Sequence record: PQ327946.1
Length of the DNA stretch: 64,000 nt
Reading direction: 5' to 3' (one strand)
Source of the DNA: a phage
Positions 43,586 through 52,422 of this stretch are shown in pieces. The position numbers were made by a program, and so were the translations under genes. Numbering within the stretch: position 1 is the first letter of the stretch; each line of letters opens with the position of its first letter. The notes beneath the pieces are model-generated. The model made no database searches, was not told where the DNA came from, and worked only from the letters and a program-made list of their open reading frames with translations.

Positions 43586-44200
43586 CTACTTAATGAAATT
43601 AATTTCTACCGGATGAACAACAGGTTGAGCAGTGATATATTGAGTAATTGCTTTCATGACTAGAGCTTCAGAACCAGGATTTTTCTCAACGAATTCACGT
43701 GCTCGGTTATGAGCTTCGAGTTCACTCAATAAACCGGAACGTTGGCATCCACGGTCTTGAGTACCCTGTTCAGATAAAAGGACTACTACATATTTTTCAT
43801 CGTCGTAGGGCTTAGCCAGTTGAGCAAATGTTCCTTTACTTCCAAAAGGAGAGTTATGTCGCCACATCACGCCGTGAGGAGTTTCAACCTTCGTATATTC
43901 GTGCGGGCCATTTTTCTTAGTTTCTTGATGTGGAACTTCATAGACCTTAGGGTTAGGACATTCAATAAAATGCTCATCTAAATCGGTCGAGAATATTAAA
44001 GTAAAACAATTACTGAATTTACCAACACCCGCCTGATAAATTTTACCTTCAGAAGTTCTAATTTCACAAACCGAGCCGGCATCAGTAACTTCTAAAACTT
44101 CAAAAGGCTCAATAAGGTCATATGAGAACATGTTTTTAAGGCGTGGAGTAATATCCCCATTTTTAAAATTCATTTTATAAAAAGTATTAACTTTAAACAT
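43586..44200 (-). CDS. hypothetical protein (204 aa)
   Basis: Start moved to MFKVNTFYK... with SD GAGGAA; the track's TTG-initiated extension (MGASAPTEEI) is a read-through of the upstream GC hairpin. Confidence 0.6.
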   Translation of the reverse strand: MFKVNTFYKMNFKNGDITPRLKNMFSYDLIEPFEVLEVTDAGSVCEIRTSEGKIYQAGVGKFSNCFTLIFSTDLDEHFIECPNPKVYEVPHQETKKNGPHEYTKVETPHGVMWRHNSPFGSKGTFAQLAKPYDDEKYVVVLLSEQGTQDRGCQRSGLLSELEAHNRAREFVEKNPGSEALVMKAITQYITAQPVVHPVEINFIK

Positions 44201-44212
44201 AATTTCCTCAGT

Positions 44213-44228
44213 GGGAGCCGAAGCTCCC
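44213..44228 (-). terminator. GC hairpin (UUCG loop) between two minus-strand ORFs
   Basis: Minus strand GGGAGCTTCGGCTCCC; no U-run. Confidence 0.4.
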
Positions 44229-44235
44229 AATTAAT

Positions 44236-44601
44236 TTAGATATCAAATTCGTTAAGAACTACATCAAAGATTGCTTCGAGATGTTCAGGTTTAGCTCGGT
44301 TACTCAGGATATGACGAATCCAAGTTTTAACCAGAAGTTTACGATTAACACCATTCCAGCAAGGATGAGTACCTAAATCACGCTGACGGAAATCATCATC
44401 TAATGCAATTTTAAAATTTGAACCTTCCATCGTGATTGAAACCGTGATACCATTTTCAAATCGCATATAAACGTAATTAGGAGTCATGCACTGTTCGATT
44501 TCACAAACTGTACCATTTTCGTGTTTCCATAAGCAAATAACTTCAGAAGAACCAGCAATACCGTTAGAAACATATTTACGTTCGAAGTTGGTGTAGTTCA
44601 T
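44236..44601 (-). CDS. hypothetical protein (121 aa)
   Basis: ORF with early promoter and SD (GGAGAA) upstream. Confidence 0.6.
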   Translation of the reverse strand: MNYTNFERKYVSNGIAGSSEVICLWKHENGTVCEIEQCMTPNYVYMRFENGITVSITMEGSNFKIALDDDFRQRDLGTHPCWNGVNRKLLVKTWIRHILSNRAKPEHLEAIFDVVLNEFDI

Positions 44602-44642
44602 TTTATTCTCCGGATGTTTAAGTTGTTTGTTGGTACAGGTCT

Positions 44643-44671
44643 ATAATAACATAACCTGTACCAAAGTAAAC
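44643..44671 (-). promoter_or_regulatory. early promoter (GTTTAC-N17-TATTAT)
   Basis: The -10 lies in the loop of a 9-bp inverted repeat (GGTACAGGT...ACCTGTACC). Confidence 0.55.
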
Positions 44672-44675
44672 TGTT

Positions 44676-45044
44676 TTATGCAACTTTAATCCAATTGTCT
44701 AAATTTAAAACACCTTTGGCTTTCATTTTTTCGATCAGGTTATCTGCTGTAATGCGTCCATTTTGATACCATGTAACATCTTCAGAGTAACCAGTTTCTT
44801 CGTCAACATATGTTTCTGAACGAATTTTACCGGTAATAATAGTTTTTAATTCGTATGTGTCACCTGTGAAAAAGTTTGCTAACACAATTTTCCAAGAGAA
44901 ATCATCTGAAGGACCTTCAGGGGTCATACAACCTACGAACTCAAATTGCTCTTTGTATAACATCCACTGGAATTCTTTAATTTCGATAGCTTTATAACCG
45001 TCTTGGTCTTTACATTTGATGTATGAGTTCAGATTGATTTTCAT
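44676..45044 (-). CDS. hypothetical protein (122 aa)
   Basis: ORF with early promoter and SD upstream. Confidence 0.6.
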   Translation of the reverse strand: MKINLNSYIKCKDQDGYKAIEIKEFQWMLYKEQFEFVGCMTPEGPSDDFSWKIVLANFFTGDTYELKTIITGKIRSETYVDEETGYSEDVTWYQNGRITADNLIEKMKAKGVLNLDNWIKVA

Positions 45045-45085
45045 TTTATTCTCCGATTGTTTTATTGATTAGGCGGTACAAGTCT

Positions 45086-45114
45086 ATAGTAACACATCCT
45101 ACAGGAGAGTAAAC
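45086..45114 (-). promoter_or_regulatory. early promoter (GTTTAC-N17-TACTAT)
   Basis: Minus strand GTTTACTCTCCTGTAGGATGTGTTACTAT upstream of the 122-aa ORF. Confidence 0.55.
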
Positions 45115-45147
45115 ATCTTTTTTAAACTTTTTCTGCCCTAAACGCAC

Positions 45148-45169
45148 AAAAGGGAGACCGAAGTCTCCC
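45148..45169 (-). terminator. intrinsic terminator after the 59-aa basic ORF
   Basis: Minus strand GGGAGACTTCGGTCTCCC then TTTTGTG; same 23-nt core as the gene 32 terminator. Confidence 0.7.
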
Positions 45170-45174
45170 TAAAA

Positions 45175-45354
45175 TTATGCAACAACCTTTCCAAAACGAG
45201 AAGCATCATCTCGAAGAACTGCACGTGCTCTGCGCATGATCTTCTCAACTGTTTGATTAATACGAGAGTTCGACCCACGCTTGTATCCAGCGCGTTTAGA
45301 GGTACCATCAACTTTCTTTTCAACTGCTTTCTTTGCTTTAGCTTGTTTTGCCAT
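45175..45354 (-). CDS. small basic protein (59 aa), not in ORF track
   Basis: Hand-translated: MAKQAKAKKAVEKKVDGTSKRAGYKRGSNSRINQTVEKIMRRARAVLRDDASRFGKVVA; followed by a GC hairpin plus U-run; replaces the track's 45138-45323 ORF, which reads through the hairpin. Confidence 0.55.
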   Translation of the reverse strand: MAKQAKAKKAVEKKVDGTSKRAGYKRGSNSRINQTVEKIMRRARAVLRDDASRFGKVVA

Positions 45355-45616
45355 TATAAATTCTCTTTAAATGAAAATGCAGGACTTATTGACATTGCCT
45401 GCTCAAGCCCTCAAGGGGAACATAGGTTTTGGATATTTAACGACAGGATAACCATAAACCCGTCATCATACCTACCACGACTTACACAGATAACACTTTT
45501 CTGACGCATGATAGTAACATTCAAGAGGTACACCGTAAAATTGTCGGGGCGGTACTTCTAAAACATACCGATTCGCAAATCGATAATCAGACAATTCGAC
45601 GGCTCCTCGATTTAAC

Positions 45617-45865
45617 TTACTTCAGGGTAATAACAAAATGACGAACTGCTTTGCGTGCTGCAGAAGCCAGAGGCTTAGCATATTTCAATTCATCTTTAGC
45701 TTCCAGTTCAGAAGCCAGAGTAGCCTGAGCAGGATTCAGATGTTTGAAATATCGCAGGATTTCCAGTGCTTCGGCTTCAACATCAATTGACGCACCGTAG
45801 TTTTCGTGACCGTTATTCCATGCGTTTCGTTGCAGTTCAAGAGCGTGTTGTAATTGTTTAATCAT
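45617..45865 (-). CDS. rIII: RIII lysis inhibition accessory protein
   Basis: 82 aa; MIKQLQHALELQRNAWNNGHENYGASIDVEAEALEILRYFKHLNPAQ... near-identical to T4 RIII. Confidence 0.93.
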   Translation of the reverse strand: MIKQLQHALELQRNAWNNGHENYGASIDVEAEALEILRYFKHLNPAQATLASELEAKDELKYAKPLASAARKAVRHFVITLK

Positions 45866-45989
45866 TTTAAATTCTCAATTCGAGATAATATTTAGTAGCC
45901 ACGTTCGTCTGAATTTCACCTTCTTTCGACAGGTCTCTCAGTTGTAGGCTACCGCTTAGAAGAGTGTTCTCTTCATATAGTTATTTATA

Positions 45990-46322
45990 TCACTTATAAA
46001 GACACGGAATAGCTTTATAGTGGCATGTTACGAATTTCTGTTTAATTTCTTTAGGTTGTTTAAGTCCCAAAGCCACAAATGGATGTGGAACATTTCGAAT
46101 TTGTCCAACTGGTAGTGGAGTCAAATCACCGACTTCAACAAAACCTTCAGGAACATCAGGACCTACAGAATGAACTACACATAGTTCAGGAACTTCACCT
46201 TGAACACGTTTACCAATCACAAGTCCTGATTCTGTAACTTCTTCATCACCTGCTTGAGCGGGTTCAGAAACCAGAATGACATATTCACCAACAGCACGAA
46301 TTGGGAGTTGTACTTCAGACAT
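45990..46322 (-). CDS. 31: co-chaperonin gp31 (GroES analogue)
   Basis: 110 aa; [34 protein letters not shown]... near-identical to T4 gp31. Confidence 0.96.
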   Translation of the reverse strand: MSEVQLPIRAVGEYVILVSEPAQAGDEEVTESGLVIGKRVQGEVPELCVVHSVGPDVPEGFVEVGDLTPLPVGQIRNVPHPFVALGLKQPKEIKQKFVTCHYKAIPCLYK

Positions 46323-46352
46323 CTTATTTCCTTGTTGTTTGACGATAGATTA

Positions 46353-46379
46353 ATAATACCATACTATTCGTAAAGCATA
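46353..46379 (-). promoter_or_regulatory. putative middle (MotA-dependent) promoter for gene 31
   Basis: Minus strand ATGCTTTA (MotA-box-like), 12-nt spacer, TATTAT, upstream of gene 31 ATG. Confidence 0.4.
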
Positions 46380-46688
46380 TTACATAAGAAGCAAACGCTC
46401 CGCCGGAGTACCATCAACCGAAATTACTTTATCAAGGCGGAAAGAACGCCACTGGCCTAACTTGGTATCGAATGCTCGAACTGATTCACGAGGTTCATAA
46501 CGAACTTCTGTTGCTGGATTGTTATTTTCATATTTGACTTCAAGTTCATCGCGCGAAGCAAACATAGTGCGTACCTCGCCGTTAGCCTTTTCAAATACAA
46601 CACAATGAACGCCTACAGACAGAATAGTTTTAATACGTTCACGAAGAACCATAGTTTCTTGTTCAGTTAAAATCATATTATTCACCAC
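46380..46688 (-). CDS. 31.1: hypothetical protein (T4 31.1 position)
   Basis: 102 aa between cd and 31; alternative start at 46676 (MILTEQ...) lies 1 nt after the cd stop. Confidence 0.6.
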   Translation of the reverse strand: MVNNMILTEQETMVLRERIKTILSVGVHCVVFEKANGEVRTMFASRDELEVKYENNNPATEVRYEPRESVRAFDTKLGQWRSFRLDKVISVDGTPAERLLLM

Positions 46689-47259
46689 AAAAGTTTCGGA
46701 TTTGTTCCCAATTCAGAGAACGAAGATTATTACGAGAGTACTGAATTACTTCAATACCAGCTTGTTTAAGAATGTCTGCCCAATTTTCAGGAGATCGGTC
46801 ATATAATTCTGCATATACAACCTTTTTAATACCTGACTGTGTAATAGCTTTAGTGCAATCAGGACATGGAGAAAGTGTCGTATACAACGTAGCACCTTCA
46901 ATAGAATTACCTTTGCGAGCAGCAAACAAAATGGCATTCAATTCTGCATGGATTTCATTATTAGCAGACCATGCACTATGAGCGGCCCGATGTTCTTTAG
47001 CCAAAACAAAATTATCTGCCCGTCCAAATGATGTAGTGCCTTCTTTATGCCCAGCAACGATGACCGGGCTTGGTTTATTCTTCAACCAACCGTTTTCGGA
47101 TGCATGTTCACAACAGTTAACACCACCTGCAGGTGAACCATTATATCCGGTAGAAATAATGCGTCCATCTTTTTCAATGACGGCACCAACTTTCCATGAA
47201 CAACATTTTGATTCTTGAGAAATCAGATATGCAATCTGAAGGTATGTGCTAGCTTTCAT
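46678..47259 (-). CDS. cd: dCMP deaminase
   Basis: 193 aa; zinc-binding cytidine/dCMP deaminase motifs (CEHA...SPCPDC); matches T4 Cd. Confidence 0.95.
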   Translation of the reverse strand: MKASTYLQIAYLISQESKCCSWKVGAVIEKDGRIISTGYNGSPAGGVNCCEHASENGWLKNKPSPVIVAGHKEGTTSFGRADNFVLAKEHRAAHSAWSANNEIHAELNAILFAARKGNSIEGATLYTTLSPCPDCTKAITQSGIKKVVYAELYDRSPENWADILKQAGIEVIQYSRNNLRSLNWEQIRNFCGE

Positions 47260-48251
47260 TATTGAACCTTATTAATATAAGTTAACAGCTCTTTAGTTTG
47301 TTCCCAACTGATGCACGCATCGGTAATGGAAACGCCATAGGACATATTATCAGAAATTTTTTGATTTCCTTCATGTAGGAATGATTCTATCATAATTCCT
47401 TTGACCAAATCATTAGCTGCTAAATTTTTACCAATACCAATTTGATTGCTATAATGTCCAGCAGCGTTTGCATGGCTACAGTCAACCATTACATAATGAT
47501 TCAGACCTACTGCACTTGCTTTGTTAGAAGCTTCTTGAATATCAGAAGAATGATAGTTCGGGCCGTTGGTCCCGCCACGCAATACGATATGCGTATTCTG
47601 ATTACCTTCAGCTTCAACAATGCCTACAGTACCATCGACGTCCATACCCATATACCGATGAGGCCAGGCGGCACTATACATCGCGTCTGTAGCTACTTTA
47701 ATAGAACCATTGGTTGCGTTCTTGAAGCCTACGCACATCGGTAGACCTGAAGCAATTTCACGATGTGTCTGACTTTCAGTCGTACGGGCGCCAATAGCAA
47801 CCCATGAGAAAATACCAGAAAGATACTTAATCGTGAATGGGTCTAATACTTCAGTTGCTAATGGAAGTCCCATACGTAGAAGTTTACGACACAATGTTCG
47901 TGCAACTATAAGACCGTGGTTCATATCAAAACTTCCGTCAAGATATGGATCATTTACAAGACCTTTCCAACCTACGGTAGTTCGAGGCTTTTCAAAATAA
48001 ACGCGCATCACTAACAGAACATTAGGAAGACGAGTTTGAAGTTCAGCCAGACGTTTGCCGTATTCAACAGCAGCAATAGGGTCATGAATTGAACAAGGAC
48101 CTACAACAATAAGTTTGCGTGGGTCTTCACCGTTCATAATCGAATTAACTTGTTCGCGATGAGAAGCCACTTGTGATGCGTAAGCTTCCGACAAAGGAAT
48201 AATCTCAGCCAGTTCTTTTGGAGAAATAAGTTTTCTGATGACAGGTAACAT
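47259..48251 (-). CDS. 3-deoxy-7-phosphoheptulonate (DAHP) synthase, class I (AroG/AroF/AroH-like)
   Basis: 330 aa; LIVVGPCSIHDP, RVYFEKPRTTVGWKGLVNDP, IGARTTESQTHREIASGL, ITDACISWE all align with E. coli AroG; stop overlaps cd start (TAATG). Confidence 0.85.
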   Translation of the reverse strand: MLPVIRKLISPKELAEIIPLSEAYASQVASHREQVNSIMNGEDPRKLIVVGPCSIHDPIAAVEYGKRLAELQTRLPNVLLVMRVYFEKPRTTVGWKGLVNDPYLDGSFDMNHGLIVARTLCRKLLRMGLPLATEVLDPFTIKYLSGIFSWVAIGARTTESQTHREIASGLPMCVGFKNATNGSIKVATDAMYSAAWPHRYMGMDVDGTVGIVEAEGNQNTHIVLRGGTNGPNYHSSDIQEASNKASAVGLNHYVMVDCSHANAAGHYSNQIGIGKNLAANDLVKGIMIESFLHEGNQKISDNMSYGVSITDACISWEQTKELLTYINKVQ

Positions 48252-48371
48252 AACAATCCTTAGGAGATATAAACAGATTCTGATTCAACAATACCTTTAA
48301 CCGGATTAGACAGGCTAAGTTGGTAGTTCTCAGATTTATGACCATTCACGATAGTAATGAGATAGCTCTCA

Positions 48372-48608
48372 TTATAGTGTTCCATATACTCGAGTTGCTT
48401 CAACAAGACCATCACTGCCTAATTTAAGATTAGTAATTTGGTCACCATCTTTAGGATTAACGATTATGAGAAAAGAACGTGGAGATTCTTGAATAACTCG
48501 TAATGTTGCATCTTGGAAACGTTCAGACACTTTATTGATGAGTGCTTGAGCAAATTCTTTTACTTTAATCTGAAATTCGTGTACTGTAATTGGGTTTTCA
48601 CTTAGCAT
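48372..48608 (-). CDS. hypothetical protein (78 aa)
   Basis: ORF with early promoter and conserved leader upstream. Confidence 0.55.
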   Translation of the reverse strand: MLSENPITVHEFQIKVKEFAQALINKVSERFQDATLRVIQESPRSFLIIVNPKDGDQITNLKLGSDGLVEATRVYGTL

Positions 48609-48636
48609 TTCTATTTCCTCATTTGTTGGTAGAGTT

Positions 48637-48666
48637 ATAGTATCACAACTCCACCATGTTGTAAAC
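48637..48666 (-). promoter_or_regulatory. early promoter (GTTTACA-N17-TACTAT)
   Basis: Minus strand GTTTACAACATGGTGGAGTTGTGATACTAT, then leader CCAACAAATGAGGAAATAGAA-ATG. Confidence 0.6.
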
Positions 48667-48668
48667 CA

Positions 48669-48944
48669 TTAAATTGCTTTGCATTCAATTTTTTGTGTAC
48701 CGAAATTGATATCACATTGGATAACTAAATCGCCGTCAAGATCAAATACCACTATGACGTGTGCAGACCCAGGGAGAAGAGTAATAGCAATAGAATCTAC
48801 TTGGTCTGGGAGCAAAGCATTGAGTACATGAGTTAGTTGAGCATGAACTCTGAGTTCGGCTGCATTATCAAGCACTTCAAACATATTATTAGCAATAATC
48901 TGACTGAAGACTACCTTTACAATTTCAGAATAAGTTGGGAACAT
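48669..48944 (-). CDS. hypothetical protein (91 aa)
   Basis: ORF in cd-pseT interval. Confidence 0.5.
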   Translation of the reverse strand: MFPTYSEIVKVVFSQIIANNMFEVLDNAAELRVHAQLTHVLNALLPDQVDSIAITLLPGSAHVIVVFDLDGDLVIQCDINFGTQKIECKAI

Positions 48945-48951
48945 AATTACC

Positions 48952-49176
48952 TCAGTGCACAGTATTTACTTTAACTCGAACAACAAATCGCTCGGTTGGT
49001 TCACCTACAGGAACAAACTCTACATGATATTCACCTTTGTAACGAGTATTCAGATCGTTACGAATTCCTGCGAGTTTGTTGATTAATGTAGGACTCATAT
49101 TAAGTCCCACTAGTTTACGAAGCATTTTGTATGCTTCATCTTCGATTTCATGATGTTTATCGTACATAGTTTTCAT
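48952..49176 (-). CDS. hypothetical protein (74 aa)
   Basis: ORF in cd-pseT interval. Confidence 0.5.
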   Translation of the reverse strand: MKTMYDKHHEIEDEAYKMLRKLVGLNMSPTLINKLAGIRNDLNTRYKGEYHVEFVPVGEPTERFVVRVKVNTVH

Positions 49177-49357
49177 TTAACCATTCAATTGCCTGGTCGA
49201 CGTTATCAAATATACTGCCGTCCAACCATTCTTCATGTTCATAGTCCAGCACATCAATACCGAACCGTCCATTTACTAAAGGCCATACGCAGAAGAAAAA
49301 GCATTTACGTTTTTCAATTTCTTCGATTGTACGAAAAATCTTTTCGATATTATTCAT
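49157..49357 (-). CDS. hypothetical protein (66 aa)
   Basis: ORF in cd-pseT interval, overlapping neighbours by a few codons. Confidence 0.45.
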   Translation of the reverse strand: MNNIEKIFRTIEEIEKRKCFFFCVWPLVNGRFGIDVLDYEHEEWLDGSIFDNVDQAIEWLNENYVR

Positions 49358-50072
49358 AGGTTTTCCATTTGCGGCCTAATTGCCAATCAGGATGGCTCAA
49401 TCTAGGGTCGTTTTCATCTGTTGTAGAAGATTTCTTACCTGAAATATGGATAAGCCATTTTCTGGATTTAGCTGCTTTAGAATAGTTTTCTTTTGCCTTA
49501 TCTGAACGAATCTTACCTTTATTCGCTTCGGATATTTTATTACCCCATTCTATAATAGCTTCTTCGCTCATAAAATCTTTTACATTTTTACCGTACATAG
49601 GATTATTTTCGCCTTCAAATGAATTACCATTTTTAAGACGACTTTCTTTAGATTTAATCCCATGCCCTGGTAATTTCTTGCCTTTAATCCATGGCACGGC
49701 ACCGTTTTTATATCTCTGTTTTTGTGTTTCTGAAATTTTTAATGAAGTTTCAGGGCTGGAATTAACATTAATACGGTTTTCATTGATATAATCCCAGCCT
49801 CCTTCTCCACCAGGTTTCAAATTATAATTAGTATCCAATTTTATAAATTCTTTAGTTACTAATTCGGCTTCTAAATCATATGCTTCTTGTTTAGTTTCAA
49901 ATATTTTTATGATTTCTTTATTAAAAGAATCTTTACCATATTTTGATTCGGCATTTTTAAAAGCTGTACCAGAACCTAAATAAGAATCATTTTCTTTTAA
50001 GGTCTTATGAACCCCTATATAAATTTTGTTGTTAACCAAACATGTGGTTTTATACACAGTGTACTTTTCCAT
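49350..50072 (-). CDS. seg-like GIY-YIG homing endonuclease
   Basis: Start moved to ATG (MEKYTVYKTTCLVNNKIYIGVHKT); GIY-YIG module plus DSYLGSG...KYG motif; TATAAATA late promoter 20 nt upstream; no seg gene at this position in T4. Confidence 0.75.
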   Translation of the reverse strand: MEKYTVYKTTCLVNNKIYIGVHKTLKENDSYLGSGTAFKNAESKYGKDSFNKEIIKIFETKQEAYDLEAELVTKEFIKLDTNYNLKPGGEGGWDYINENRINVNSSPETSLKISETQKQRYKNGAVPWIKGKKLPGHGIKSKESRLKNGNSFEGENNPMYGKNVKDFMSEEAIIEWGNKISEANKGKIRSDKAKENYSKAAKSRKWLIHISGKKSSTTDENDPRLSHPDWQLGRKWKTYE

Positions 50073-50091
50073 TAGAATCACCTCTATAGAT

Positions 50092-50099
50092 ATTTATAC
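50092..50099 (-). promoter_or_regulatory. late promoter (TATAAATA on minus strand) for seg-like endonuclease
   Basis: Minus strand reads GTATAAATATCTATAGAGGTGATTCTA-ATG. Confidence 0.6.
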
Positions 50100-50119
50100 T
50101 TAACTATGGAGATTTCTAA

Positions 50120-51206
<1,087 letters not shown>

Positions 51207-51207
<1 letters not shown>

Positions 51208-51506
51208 TATTTTATTCCTAAGAAAATTTCAAGAATACGAATGTTATGCTCGCGCCGGTCTTTATTAATTTCAGCAACGTTTTTATTAATTGACGTACTT
51301 CTAACGTTTGAAGAAATAAATTTAATCATATGACTTTTGAGTTGTTGCAAATCCAACCCTTTTTCTTTAGCAGCTTTACGAAGAGCTTTACCTGCTTCAT
51401 CTAGTGCCTTTGCTGCATCTTTGTCATAATTGCCGAGTGACATTCCACGACAGATATCAATATACTCATCAGACCGTTTGATGTAATTCTCTAGTAATGT
51501 TTTCAT
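51207..51506 (-). CDS. hypothetical protein (99 aa)
   Basis: ORF with early promoter (TATAAT) and SD GAGGAAAT upstream. Confidence 0.55.
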
Positions 51507-51534
51507 TTAGATTTCCTCAATTATCCATAGGAGC

Positions 51535-51564
51535 ATTATACTCTGCTCCTGAGAGTTTGTAAAC
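51535..51564 (-). promoter_or_regulatory. early promoter (GTTTACA-N17-TATAAT)
   Basis: Minus strand GTTTACAAACTCTCAGGAGCAGAGTATAAT; -10 flanked by inverted repeat AGGAGCA/TGCTCCT. Confidence 0.6.
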
Positions 51565-51788
51565 TATTTTACTAAAGATTCAATATACTCGTGAAGAGCT
51601 TTAGTCGCTACTGCCCACTTATTCTGATATTCATTTTTCAGATTAGCACGAGACTGAACTAACAATCGGTCATTAGTCGGAGGCAAAGATTCTAATCGTT
51701 GAATCTGGCGCCCATAAATCATAGCCGCCATTTCAGATTCATAGATAAGCCCTTTAATGTATTCATGTTGTTCTTTAGTCATTGGCAT
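51564..51788 (-). CDS. hypothetical protein (74 aa)
   Basis: ORF downstream of the spanin pair. Confidence 0.5.
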   Translation of the reverse strand: MPMTKEQHEYIKGLIYESEMAAMIYGRQIQRLESLPPTNDRLLVQSRANLKNEYQNKWAVATKALHEYIESLVK

Positions 51789-52069
51789 TTTTCCTCTTTT
51801 AAACCACTACGATAATAACATATCATAGTCTTCTGGTCATGTACATATCTTTTTACATCGTTTAACCAGATACGAAATTCTTGAGAGTCTTCAAACGGCA
51901 TTCCAACCCACGGATTACCATCAATAACCTTTACTTGCCATTTCTGGTTATATTCAACAATAGATTCAGGCCATGGCGGATGTAAAGTTTCTTTAGGGCT
52001 TAAGGGCACATCCTGGGCACATCCAGCCAAAATACTAATAGATAATACAACTGCGGTTAATTTAATCAT
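51779..52069 (-). CDS. pseT.2: outer-membrane spanin (o-spanin) lipoprotein
   Basis: 96 aa; signal peptide with lipobox ILAGC, periplasmic Cys residues; directly follows the i-spanin as in T4 pseT.3/pseT.2. Confidence 0.8.
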   Translation of the reverse strand: MIKLTAVVLSISILAGCAQDVPLSPKETLHPPWPESIVEYNQKWQVKVIDGNPWVGMPFEDSQEFRIWLNDVKRYVHDQKTMICYYRSGLKEEKCQ

Positions 52070-52422
52070 TCTGAGAGCTTCCTGAGGTCTTCTGCAAAGG
52101 AATCGAAGGACCTGTTGATTTGTTTTTCGACCAATCCTGGTTTACTTGCCACCACGTTCTTCTTCTTCGAATCCTTACGGAGCTTTTCATTTTCGGCCTT
52201 AAGTTGGTCAACTAAAACACGGTTCTTATAAGTCATTTCTTCGATTGACTGATATTGAACCTTGAAGTCGTCTAATACTTTAGCATTGTTTTTAGCGGTC
52301 TCTTTGACAGAAGCTAATTCAGTATTCAACGAATCAACTTTGTTGTTTAAGACAACTATTGTTACCGTAGAAACTAGAGCAAAAGCTGCTACTATAGCAT
52401 AAATCGGATTTACTTTAAGCAT
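52066..52422 (-). CDS. pseT.3: inner-membrane spanin (i-spanin)
   Basis: 118 aa; N-terminal TM helix (IYAIVAAFALVSTVTIVVL) followed by coiled-coil-like periplasmic domain. Confidence 0.8.
   Translation of the reverse strand: MLKVNPIYAIVAAFALVSTVTIVVLNNKVDSLNTELASVKETAKNNAKVLDDFKVQYQSIEEMTYKNRVLVDQLKAENEKLRKDSKKKNVVASKPGLVEKQINRSFDSFAEDLRKLSE

Noticed and set aside
45138-45504. Track ORFs 45138-45323 (-) and 45253-45504 (+)
   Set aside because: The minus-strand ORF reads through a terminator hairpin and is out of frame with a better-supported 59-aa gene (45175-45354) that has the terminator correctly downstream. The plus-strand ORF is antisense to a unidirectional early operon and has no RBS.
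45355-45616. tRNA or other known RNA gene in the rIII-downstream gap
   Set aside because: No cloverleaf-compatible set of stems or conserved tRNA boxes could be identified by eye, and T4 tRNAs map elsewhere (between e and ipI); kept only as an unexplained non-coding interval.
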